A stretch of 64,000 bases of DNA from positions 8,643,786 to 8,707,785 of the forward strand of contig MU062841.1 of assembly GCA_013265495.1 (NCBI GenBank). Reading direction: 5' to 3'. This document shows, piece by piece, positions 1 to 12,600 of this stretch. The position numbers and the translations under genes are program-made. The stretch's first letter is position 1, and every line of letters starts with the position of its first letter. Under the pieces are notes generated by a model. That model was not told where the DNA came from. It saw nothing but the letters and a program-made list of their open reading frames with translations, and ran no database searches. Source of the DNA: Vicugna vicugna. Its lineage: Eukaryota.

Positions 1-500
1 CCATGTAGTTGTGTACCTTTGAGTTTCTTTGGCTGTACTTTCAGATGGATTTTTCAAAAGGGTCTTCTTAAAGATGCTTTAAAGATGTTGTTACTAAAAA
101 CGTAAGACTCGCAATTACGTGCCATGTTGTAAGCAAACCCAGATTAAGTCTCAGTCCCTGCTCTTGTGGAGATTAAAATCAAATGTATCAGGAAGGAAAA
201 AACGTTAAACAAATAAACAAAAAGTCCACCTGCATTTTTGTGAACTCATTCAGAGACATGGAATTATCTGGAAAAATGACTCCAGGGAGATGGGTTGAAG
301 ATCTTCCGAGATCCCATTCTTGACAAATCGAGTTGAAATGCTATCACATCTTAAAGTTCTGGGCATCTTCACATGCCGGAATTTGTTGTGATAGATATGT
401 GGTTGCCCACACAGGTGGCTTACATTCGTCTCATTTTGGAAAGTGTGGAAAGCACTAGCTCCTCGTACGCAAATGTGCTATCACCATTCTCTCTGTCCAG

Positions 501-612
501 ACCAGGTCCACTGCGGCCAAGGACAGCGTGGTCCAGTTCTTCTTTTACCAGCCGATCAGTCATCAATGGAGACAGACTGACTTCTTCCCCTGCACTGCGA
601 CGTGTGGAGGAG
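501..612 (+). CDS. ADAMTSL3: ADAMTSL3 exon A (112 nt): end of spacer, start of TSP1 repeat
   Basis: ctctgtccag|ACC acceptor and GGAG|gtgagg donor. Encodes TRSTAAKDSVVQFFFYQPISHQWRQTDFFPCTATCGGG. Not in the supplied ORF frame. Confidence 0.95.
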
Positions 613-3600
613 GTGAGGCACAGACTTTGCTCGTGAATATTTAGAGCTCAGAGTTGGAGATGACACATTGGCCTTTTTGAAGCTGACTTTAAAATTATGT
701 AGTAATTAGAGATGTGTAATCTCACAGCATCGTGCTCAGTGGCCTGGAATGCTGCGGTGTTAATAAATGTGCATTTGCCTTGTTCTTGAAGACAGGTGAA
801 AACTGGATTTGGAAACCACCCTTTGCTTTTAGCAAAGAGCTGGAAAGATGTTTGCATGTGTTCTTTTCTTCGTTGTCCTTAAAGCATGTCCTTTAAATTT
901 TCTGTGGAAAACCCGAGGAACAGAGAGTCCAAGTGAGTTGCTCAGTCTGCTCAAGTTAATGGCGGTGTTGGTTCTAATACTTAGATTTCCACCCTCTGTC
1001 TCCTCAGGTGCCAGAGTATAAACTTAGCAAAAAGAGAAAGTCTGCCCACTATTTGATAAGGGGAGGGTCCTGCTTACTGTTTGCTTAGTTCACGGTGTTC
1101 ACAGACAGTTGAGGAAGGTCCTGGGGCTCAGATGTAACCCGGGGCTCCCCACACATGCGGCACATCTTTGCAGGCTCAGATGGAGGATGATTGTTTATTT
1201 AACTGACCCTGTGGAGCAGATGAAGTGACCAGAGCCACTGTCAAGACAATTCTCTTTCCCTGAACTGAACTTTTAAATTGAAGAGTAAATGGTTCAAAAC
1301 TAGTGCCAACCCAGGAATTACTTTCTCAAACTGCTAGAGGGACTTAATGTTGATGCTGCCACTAAAACTCCCAGATAACAGTACGTGGCATGTACCACGT
1401 CTCAAGCCATGTGCTAGAGTACTCACCATCACGTTTATTTTTCCAAGAAAGGTCTGTTCTCGTGACTTCCACGAGTGAGCAAACTGAAACTTAGAAAGGG
1501 TAAAGAATATAATCAAGGTTGCTCAGCTAGGAAACAGCACAGCTCGGATCCGGCTCTAGGTCTGTCCGATGCCAGAGCCATGCTCTAAGTGATCTTCCCC
1601 TTGGGTCTCCCCTGAACCGTCTACCGCACCTGGGACCAGGTCGGCGTCGGCAGGCTCACGGATGGTTCTGTTTGAAGAGCCAGAATAAATCCTCCTCCTT
1701 CAGGCCAGTCCAGCTCAGCCCAGCCCCAAAGCATTTCCTCCCTCCAGAAGAAGATCAACTTAGGCAGAGAGAGCAGCCGAGCTGGGCTCTGGCCTCTGTC
1801 CTTTACACTGCGATTCTGTCAAGGAGGAATCCTCAGGCAATGTCAGCTTCCGTGAAGACGCAGGGCAGACCTCTCTCTTCTGGGATTCACACTCCCTGGG
1901 AAACCAGGAGGCAGGCACTTTTGTGGGGAGCTGTGGGCATCCCAGACCCCAGAAGGAGCTTGTGTCCCAGGGAATGGAAGGGAAACAGTTTGAGGGTTAA
2001 ACAGGGCTCTGAAAAGAAAGGAAAAAGCAAATCTTCCTCATTTCCCAGTTAGTTCTCCCAGGCCAGGCCTGGGCAGTAGATCACGTGGTGGTGACCCTAC
2101 AGCAGCGCTCCTCAAGGTGGGGTCCCTGGACCAGCAGCCCCAGAGTCTCCTGGGAACTTGTGAGAGGTTCAGATCTTTGACCACACCCCAGGCCTACTGG
2201 ATCAGAACTCTGGGGGTGGGGCTCAGCGGTCTGTTTCCAAGGGCCCTCCAGGAGGCTGGTGCACCCTCAGGTTTAAGACCCACTGCTCTCTAGGGCAACG
2301 TCTGACTGTCAGCTATAATCACGCTAACTGTACTTTTATGCCTTATCTGTGTTACCCCTGCGCTATTATTTACTTAAGCTGTTTTCTTCAAATGGACCTT
2401 TAAAAAAAAACTTCAATAACCATGTTTACCAAGTAACTTAATATTACTACCTTATGTGGGAAACTGTTATCTCTTGTCATAAATAAAACAGAATCACAAA
2501 AATCAATGAGAATGAAACAATGGGGCAGACAATCTTTGGATCCCTGCCAGCTCTAACATGCTCTCAGTTTTGAACCTTGAGATTATCGTACTACGTGAAG
2601 TGAGTCAAAGTCAAATACCATATGATATCACTTAGACGTGGAATCTAAAAAAAAGGACACAAATAAACTTATTTACAAAGTAGAAACAGACTCACAGAAA
2701 TAGAAAACAAACTGTGGTCACCAAAGGTGAAAGGTGGGGAGGGGGATAAATTAGGAGTTTGGGATTAGCAGATACAAACTACTATGTATAAAATAGATAA
2801 ACAACAAGGTCCTACTGTGTAGCACAGGGAACTATATTCAATATCTTGTAATAACCTATAATGAAAAAGAATATGGAAAAAAATATGTGCATGTACACCT
2901 GAGTCACTATGCTGTACACTGGAAACTAATGCAACATTGTAAATCGACTATGCTTTAATAATAATTTTTAAAAAAGGGGCAGCATGGCATAGTGGGACAA
3001 GTATTAGAGTTGGAATTTGAAGATCTGGATTCACTTCTTGTTTTTGCTGCTCATTAACTCTGAGACATCTCTGAGCCTCGTTCTTCTCATCTATAAAATA
3101 GAATGATTCCCATTGTAACCTTGTTGGGGGTTAAAGTGAGATGGCGTATCTTAAGGAGCGCAATGTAATGCCTGGCACTTAGCGGGCACTCAGGAAATCT
3201 CCGTAATGTCGGAATTGACACCTGAGTTTTGTCAAAGGTGCCTCTGTGTAATCTACAGGTCATCGGCCATCTCCCACTTCTGGCGTTCTCTGGTCGTGAG
3301 TTATATGGTCACAGGAGAAAGCTCTCAGAGTGAGTGGGACGTACCCAGAGATCCCTCCATGAATATTTTTTATCCAGAACCAGAATCCCACCAGCTTAAA
3401 GCGAGTTGGATCATGGCTTCGGGAAGGACAGGAGTCTCTCAGGGACCCCAAATAAAAGCAAAAGGATCGGGGGGCTTTTTTATTCTTACGCATCAAAAAA
3501 ACAAACATCTCTCTTTTTTTAATTTATTCCCTAGCTCTCACACACAGTTAGAGAGATGTTCCCATTTGGACACACAAGTTAAAAGAGAAGCTTTCCACTC

Positions 3601-6600
3601 TGGGAGGGACGTTTCTCGTTTCTGATGGGACTCAGCTTAGTTCAGTTGGTTAAATTCTTGGGAGGAGAATAGACGTTTCTCGTATCTGGGTGCCCAAAGG
3701 AAGACACAGTCAGTCCTGCTGGAACGTTAAATGGAAACACCTGACTGTGAGACTGTCCACCAAAGACAGCGTTGGCTGTAAGATCAGAAGGGAAACTTCA
3801 CACTGCTTTTGGGGCCCCTCAATAGCCTGCCATTTTCTGCACACTGGCAGAACTTCACTACATTTGTTCACCACGTAGGAAGGCCGTCTGCCTTATTTCT
3901 TTCACTTTTGGTTATCTCTGGACTGCCACAAAATTAAGAGGAAAGTTAATTGTCTCTCCCTAAATTATAAACGACTGTAGGCTTCTCATCTCCTTCTTCT
4001 AGAGATATGTTTCCATTTAGAGCGAAGATTTTTCTTTGACTCAGGGAGCTGTGATCTCATTCTGTTATTGTTTTGAGGAAAATAAAAACACACACGTAAA
4101 ACCCACAAGGAAAGCATTACCAAAATTTAATTATATTAGAAATCAAATCTATATGATTTGTGTAAATGCTATTTCAGAGTTTTGGGGTGGGGGGTAATTA
4201 CTAAAATTAACTCCCTGGTCTCCAAGGTGCTTGGATGGACTTTCCCAGTCTTGTCTGCAAGCATCTGTGTAGGACACTTGAGATCAGTTTGGGGGAAGTG
4301 CCACTGCCACCTGATATTGTAGACTTTCTGGCAGATGTTGGCACCCAAGTAATATTTTATTGACTCCATTTGGATTTTCATTCCTGTGGTTTGGACCTTG
4401 CTTTTTATAAGGCATAACCCGTCGTCCTTCCACTCAGCCATGACTTGTAGAAAGCTGTCTAGTAGTTTATAAAATCAGATTCTTCTCGGCAATCAGGCCT
4501 CTAAGTGTATTTTTAGAACTTTAGACCAGTTGGCAGAGGCTGAGAACTTAACTTAGGGCTTTTTTTTTTTTTCCTGAAGAGCTCATTCTGGTTTTAAAAA
4601 TTTACCTTTTTTTAAACTTAACATGACGCTTCTGTAGTGACAGGAAACCTGGAATCAAATCTTTCAGGAAATAGAAGCGTCGTTTTGTGAGTTGTTTTTT
4701 AAATTTACAGCACTCGTGCTTTTGGAACGTTCACTTCCCTCAGAGACTGTACGAACTGAAATGAGTAGAATCAGGCATCAGTCTTCATTCCCTCCTCTTT
4801 GAAGGCTTGTGAGTCAGGGGGAGGTGCTGGCGGAAGTATTTTGTTCCTCTGTATATAGACAATGCTTAATTCCCCAGGTAGAAAGCTTATTGTCATCAGA
4901 GGCACCCTAAGTACCCCAGGACAGGAAGTGAGTAAAAAGTAACAAGCAGTGGAATATTACACAGAAGAAGGAAGCAGCAACTCAGCACAAGGGTTGCTCT
5001 CAAAAATGTAATGTTGAGTGAGAAAAGTAGAAAACAACAGGATCTGAAACACAGTATCATTTATTTAGTTAAAACAAATACACACAAAACATTACATAAG
5101 GCAGATGTATGTTTAAGGACATACAAACGATAAAGAGGTGTCTCTGGGGGATTGTAATGGGAGTGGCGATGGGAGAAGGGGAAAAAGAGCGGGACCTTGC
5201 CCAGTACCATGATGACAGTGAGGACATGTGACAGTGACCTGAGGACAGTGAATAACTAACAGTCTGTACGTGAGGTCCAAACATTTTCAAAGGAGTCTAC
5301 TGTAACTTTAGTTATAAGTGCTCAGACTAACACAATCAGTTCAAGTAGTCATTCTCAATCTTGGCCACACATTTTAGACATCTTAGAGGAACCTGAGAAT
5401 CCTGGGGAAAAAAGATTAATTTCTTGGACCTAGTGACAGTTGGACCAGGAAGGGACCTGGGCATTGGTGTTTATGAAAGGATCCCAGGTGATTCTGTTAC
5501 ACACCCAGGGTGGAGAACCACAGAGTTCAGTTCCTTAAAGAGGAAAAATAGTGTGCGGCAAGTGCTAGCTTTGCCAAGTGAAGATGGAATGGATGTGATA
5601 TTCAGACGTTCCTGTTCTGCTGCTTTAGGTTATCAGCTCAATTCTGCTGAATGTGTGGATATCCGCCTGAAGAGGGTGGTTCCTGACCATTATTGCCATT
5701 ACTACCCTGAAAATGTGAAACCAAAACCGAAACTGAAGGAATGCAGCATGGATCCTTGCCCATCGAGGTTTGCATAACTGCCCAGACCCTTCTTCCTTTA
5801 AAAAAAAAAAAAAAAAAGCAAATCAATTGCAGCAGAGACTGATCCATCCTCTCCAGGGGACACATTTCCATTGCATGACCTTGAACGTACACTGGTGGCA
5901 GGCACTGGCATTCACGTTTATAACTGTGGTAAGTAGGAATTAGGCTCATCAGCTCACTCAGCGCAGCCCTCTCTTGTGGGCTGTGCGCCCATGTGCTGTG
6001 CCATTTAACTCTTGCTAATGAGCCTCTTTGAGCATCTCCTGCATACACAGCATGAGAGATCTCTCTGTCCAAGTACAATGTCTAGTCCATCCGCTTGCCA
6101 TAAATACCGGCAGCTCACCATTTGAACTTTTTAAACTGTCACCCATGACCACGTTTTGACTTTTGAAGTGTTCACATTAAATTCAGTATAAATAATGCAT
6201 CATGCAAGGAAGTGAAAAGTTTTAATGCCAAAGCAGAAAAGCTATCCATAAACTATCCTGCTGCATAATTTAGTACCTGATGACTTGGATTGCCTGGGGA
6301 AGTTTCCTGGCTTTACTACAGTATCTTAAAATAACAGCACCATATCAAGTCCCAGAATCCCCCAGCTATCTGCCAGCTGGCAAAGGCAGACGTGTGCAAG
6401 TGGAAAAGGAAGCGTTCTCGGTGGATTTCATTTCCTGTCACTAAACTGAGCATTTCCTGTAGTCCCAGGTGTATGAATTATTAATAGAGGCTTTTCAAAG
6501 GACAAATTCTGTGAAATAAAATGGTTTTCTGAAGATCCTAATAATATGACAATGTGTTAATATCCTTAATATATTTTATCAAAATAACCTCTTAAGATGA

Positions 6601-9600
6601 TAAAAGCAAATAAACAGATCTAAGTTAAGAGAAACTCATTCCTTTGATTAATACATATCGCTAGTTCCATTTTCTGTATTTTCATATAGAACTGGGGAGG
6701 TTGTCAGAGATGTTCCTGAAAATTAAGGAGGTGGTGGCTTAATTTTGGGGGAAATGGAGCATAACACTTTGCATTTAGCTTTTAATTTGAAAGTGCTCTG
6801 TCTTTTAGGATGTCACGCCTGTACTAATCAAATTAATAAATGTTAATTGGTTAGAAATTATATTCTCACGATGATTTCATTTGTAGTGATGGATTTAAAG
6901 AGATCATGCCCTATGACCACTTCCAGCCTCTCCCTCGGTGAGTCACATGTTTCCTTTTCCTTTTTGTAATTTGGTCTAAGTGGTTTGTAAGGAACTGCAG
7001 TATCTGTAGCAATAGCCTAAAATGGAAGAGGGACAGATATTAGACCCTTCACGGAGAGCTAAGGGGACACAGACTTCAACTCCGTGATAAGAAAGATCTT
7101 TCTAAGAATTAGATGGAATAGGCAGCCTCGAAAGGTGATGTTTTCTGTCACTGGCGATGTCAAGCATATCTTGGATAACTGGGAGTTACAGAGGGAGCTC
7201 AAGCGTTGCAATTCACCAGAAATTTGAATGCCCTTTTACACCTCGATGACTAGTATGGTTCTTCCTGACTTTGAGTTTCTGTGATTCCCTAGTAATGCTG
7301 TCCGTTCGTGATTTATAGTTTAGAGACAGTTTGAAGATGCTTTCATACTCTGTATGTATTTGGTTCTCACGATGGCCCTATTGTGCTAATACATGAGGGC
7401 AGGTGTGTTACTTCCACTTGATGATAACCTTAGAGTCAAAGGAGTTAAGTACCTTGTGACTGCAGGTTGTGTGTAGCATAAGATTAAAATTATAAGATTC
7501 CAAGTCCAGTCCTCTTTCATCTGAACTACAACTGTTTTCCTGAGGCTGCACTTTCGCCATCATCTCTGCAAACTTGAAACAAACAACAAATAATGTGTTT
7601 TCACTTGTTTGCTTTTGAGCTGGGAACATAATCCTTGGACGGCATGCTCGGTGTCGTGTGGAGGCGGGATTCAGAGGCGGAGCTTCGTGTGTGTGGAGGA
7701 GTCCATGCACGGAGAGATACTGCAGGTGGAAGAGTGGAAGTGCATGTATGCGCCCAAACCCAAGGTGATGCAGACCTGCAATCTGTTCGACTGCCCCAAG
7801 TGGATCGCCATGGAGTGGTCTCAGGTAAGACTGGAGAACATGCCACTTGTAATCAAATTTCAGATTTGAGTGATTATTTGCTATTTGCCCAACACTGTCC
7901 TGGGTAGCATGAGGGGTGCAGAGGTTGTGTGTGAACATGCTTCTGACTTCCAAAGAGCTTAGGGAGACAGTTGGAGGACCATGTAAGAGAACATGGTAGG
8001 CATCAGTGTAGATAAGAATAACTAAGAACCATGGTACACCTAAAGGAACAGATATAGGAACTTGATTGATTGGGAGGTCTTTCTTGCCCTTGTAGGACTC
8101 AACCCATCTTTAAGATGAGCAGAATTTAACCAAGCAAGAGCCTAGAGAAGACATCATTGTGGGATATGGCCAAGCTAAGATGGCTGAGCAAATGTAGAAA
8201 TGACACGGAATGACTAGAGATTGGAAAAGGCCCTAAGTCATCTAGATTAAAGGGAGAACCCATGTTCCCAAGAATTGGAAGCTTAAGATGGAAATGCTAA
8301 AATGGACATTAGAAGTGTGTTCTTGATCTAGTAGTTACTAAGAATCTTCACAATTCTAGTTGGAGAAAATAATGTATTATATTTTAAATACTTGAGGCAA
8401 GATAGACTGGCGCTGGGAAAGACCCAAGGTGCGCAGCTTATGTGAACATCACTGGGGTGTCAGGGTGGGAAAAGAGAAAAGAGCAGGGAAGCAGCCCAGA
8501 GGTATGAGAAAGCCTCGTGTCAGATTAGCTTAGTTTCCTCATTCTAGGGAGACGGCCAAGTAAACCTCCAGAGCAAATAAAGTGCAGTTGGAGGAGTCAA
8601 GTAGAAACATCACACGTGTTGGTATTGAACATTTTAATCTTAAACTTTTATTTTTCTAGACTCGTGTTTCTTTAGCCCTTTTGAGTGATCTTTACATATT
8701 TAGCTCAACATATGCATGCATTCATCTATTTATTCATCTATTTATGTATTCAGTGTGTCAGCCGCCATCCTAGGAAGGAAATAAAGCATGCTCCTGCCCC
8801 CCAAAAACTCAGAATCCAGTTGCAGAAATGTGCATCAAATAAACCACTGTGATGCAGTGTAACACTGTGGTGCACGGCGTCGCGTGTCCTGTTCTGCAGG
8901 CACCCAGAGGTGGGGTGATCCTCTCCACCTGAAGGTATCAGAGGCAGCTTCAGAAAGGAGGTAGCACTTGAACTGCAACTTGAAGAACAGAGATAAGTCT
9001 TCTGGTTGGAGAAGACCCACTTTCAGCCCCAGTTTTCGGAGGCTGCCTCCATCACAGTCCTTTTCCCATATCCCCAGCTCAAAATCATTACCTTCTACAA
9101 CTTTGTTTGTACTTATTAGGGCAGGAGTTATTCATTCTCTTTGGCTCACATACCAAAAGAAGTTTGCAAAATTACATACCCCTTCACATATATTTAGGTT
9201 GACATCTGAAATTTTTTGTCACAAGTTTAAATAAAAAATATCAAAAGAATGTCATTTCTAACATGTTGTGAATGCTAACATTTTAAAATAAAAGTGGTAT
9301 AGCATTCAAAAAAAATGTCCAGTAGAATGTAAATGCCATGATGGTTTCTATCCTTGCCATCTTTCATTTTTAAAAGTCATATGAACAAGCTCCTTTTGAA
9401 TAATTTGAATATTTTGCATTATTTCCCCCTTGAACTCACATTTTTAATCCACTTCCCCCCCACACACAGAATTTCATCCTAATATAATGTACTTTTATGT
9501 TTTAGAGCCTTTTATTGGTTACATTATTCTACTTTTCTCCAAGAAAATGTGTGTAGCAATTGAATTTATTTATTTTAATTTCCTATAACCATAAGGCTTT

Positions 9601-12600
9601 AGGTATTGGAAATGTTCCCCTGGATTAAGTTATTGTTAAATTTAATTTAGTACACAACCAAAACAACATAAATATATTTCAATTTTTGGCAAATAGTTAC
9701 TACACATAGAAAGGAAATTTTCCTGTGAAATCTGTCTTTCTAGGAGATGAGTAGACCTTTAAAAATTAGTGCATTGCCAGCGTGAAACATAGGTTCAGCA
9801 GTAATTTTACTCCAAATTTTTATTGCCGATTTCTTGGTTTGTTGTGTTTTGCACGCACACACTGGGAAAGCTTGTTCACATAAATCAGTAGACTGAGAGG
9901 GAAGGGCTTTGTTGTGGCAAGGTCATTCAGTTCTTTGAACTCCCAAATTATATGCCAAAAATCACATTGTGCTCTATCATCAGAGATCAACACGACCTCT
10001 ACAACCCGCAGAGCGTGTTCTCAGCTCTTGAAAGTCTTATCCATATGTTTTGTGTTGTCTTTAGAGCTCTTATTCCACTCCCACCCCCATCAATATCATG
10101 ACTGTATCATCACTTTTAATACCCAAAACAAAGGATTGTTAACCAACACATCTCATTCACCTTTCTTGGCTCTTCATACTTTTCATTAAAAAAAAAATCA
10201 AAATCATTCTCAGCGATGAGGATTTGCTATCATCAAGGGTGTATTCAGCTTGAAAGAGGAGTTTTGGAAATGTTGTAAACACAGACCTGATGGGGAAAAA
10301 GTCCAGCTTCCTTGAGAAGCTGCTTAGGAGACAATACTCCCTTGGACTGACCAAGTTCCAGGATAGTTAAGACCTTATAACTGTATTGTTTTCTTTTTCT
10401 TTGGGCAGAATATTTTCCTTCTTGGCCAATGTAAAATAGCCTCTCAAGATCACATGTATTTCAAATTGGTACATGTGGGGGTGGGTGAATCGGTTTCCCA
10501 GACGTAGGATGTAATCTCAAACCTCACTGAACTATATCAGTATTTGTTCAGTGCTCCTAAGAGTGTTGCGATGAATAAGAGAGGTTTCCTGCTCTTCTGC
10601 TCTTCCTAGAGGTGGGTATATGCTGAAAAATGCTTCCATGTCCTCTGCAGTGTGTCTGTGACAATGAAGAAAGCATCCAAGGACTCAGGAAAGAGTCTTC
10701 AAGCTTTGTGAAGCAGTGGCAAAGCCATTATTTTGACAACAGGAGACTCAGGGATGGAATTCCACTCTGCCTCTTAGGAGCTATGTAACCGTGAGCAAGG
10801 TCCTTAGGTGGTGGGCCGTTTGTTTGCTCACCTGTTAAGTGGGCATGAAGCCGTTCACCTGCCAGTGTGTCGGACAGTTAGTGAGATCACATCTGCAGAA
10901 CAGTGCCTGCTCTGTAGCACATGCACAAGGACCCCAGCCTCTCCCAGGGGTGGATCCAGGATTGGCGGGGCCTGAAGTGTATGCAGTATGGAGGTGACTC
11001 TTTAAGAAGAAAGAATACGCAACACAAATATTGGGCATCTAAGTGAATGTTTATTTAGAATAAGAAAAAAATTGTAAGAAATTACAGATTTTTGAAAGCT
11101 GACAACCCTAATAGGAACTCTGGACTTTAGTTAATAATAATGTACCAGTATTGGTTCATCAGCTGTAACAAAGATACCACACTAATGCAGTACTAAAACT
11201 AGGGGAAACGGTGTCGGGGGGTGGATGGACTTTCCTGTACTGTCTGCTCAATTTTTCTACAAACCTTAAACAATCCTAAAAAATAAACTCTTGATTTAAA
11301 GAATAAGCCCACATACATACATACATACTCACCAACATAAGTAGATAAATTGAAAAGAAATCCTTGATGTCCACGACTTGAAAATACTCCATTCATAGGC
11401 AAGAATACCTTCCAAATCTTTCACAAATAATTCAAGGGGAAAAAAAACACTGACAACACTAAGTTTGTAAGAATGCAGAGAAAATAGCATAATGTCTTCA
11501 TTAATTTTAACTGCCTGATGTATCCATAGCACGTTTTCCTAAACTTTTTGGCTGAGTTCTTTTGATGTCCTCTTCACGTGACAGTAGTTTTGCATGATCA
11601 ATTTCCATACACAGATTAGAACGACAGTCCTCTAACATGATTGATCAAAATTTGATATTTTTAATTAATAGTTTAGAAAAGTTTCTTTTATCTTCATGCA
11701 TTGTGTTGGATGATGTCATGTGAATTTTTAATCAAATTTGAGGAAACCTATGTTAGGATTCTTTCATATTTGAGTGGAAAGATTTCAGGGCATTTCAATT
11801 TTTCTTGCACTGTGACCTCATCTGAAATACTTTTCAAATGGAAATTGAAAGGAGGCTTTGCTAGGGAGGGGCCCCGAGGCATAAGAATCGTGGGGTATCA
11901 GCCTCCGCCTCCTTCCTTCCATAATATTTTGTATCTAATATTCATGGAGATCAGTGGCTCTGCTGCATCTGAGACATTAATAACTTTGTGGATCTCTTCA
12001 AAGAATCTCATTGGCTTCTCTTCTCGTCTTTGAAGTGCACAGTGACTTGTGGCCGAGGGTTACGGTACCGGGTTGTTCTCTGTATCAACCATCGTGGCCA
12101 GCACGTTGGCGGCTGTAATCCACAACTGAAGTTACACATCAAAGAAGAGTGCGTCGTTCCCATCCCATGTTATAAGCCAAAAGGTAACTCTGTGGTGCAC
12201 TTTAAAGTTAAATTAAATGGTGTTTTCCAGCTCTCATACTAATATTGCAGCATTTACATTTCAACGTACTAGCTTTCTTATAAAAATTATTTTACTGACA
12301 GATTACAGTGGACCTGTCCACCTAGATAAAGAAGTTAGACCTGTGTGATTAATTGATCTGGAGGGGAAACTGAGCTCTTGTTCATTCAGTACATGTAGAG
12401 TGGCTCCTACCTCTCTAGGCTTATATTAATATTCCTTGGTAGGCATAAAATAATTTGATGCAGTCCCTGCCTTGAAGAAAACGGAGGAGGATGAAAATGA
12501 GAAAGAGGAAAGGAAGGTTCCCCCGAGGTTTTCATTGTGTTTTCCCACGGTATTTCATGCATGCCTTCTGCTGCAGTGTAAGTTTCTTGGGGAAGGGACA

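Noticed and set aside
970-1021. Strong-looking acceptor (ctaat branch, ctgtctcctcag|G) as a poison exon
   Set aside because: Lies in a MIR-like remnant and has no convincing donor. Such pseudo-acceptors are ubiquitous in introns.
4180-4200. ttttggggtggggggtaatta, resembling a reverse Vic-1 tail
   Set aside because: No TSD and no caaa/A tail, so it is too short to call.
7408-7953. 181-aa antisense ORF
   Set aside because: Shadow of exon D on the opposite strand, with no recognisable domain.
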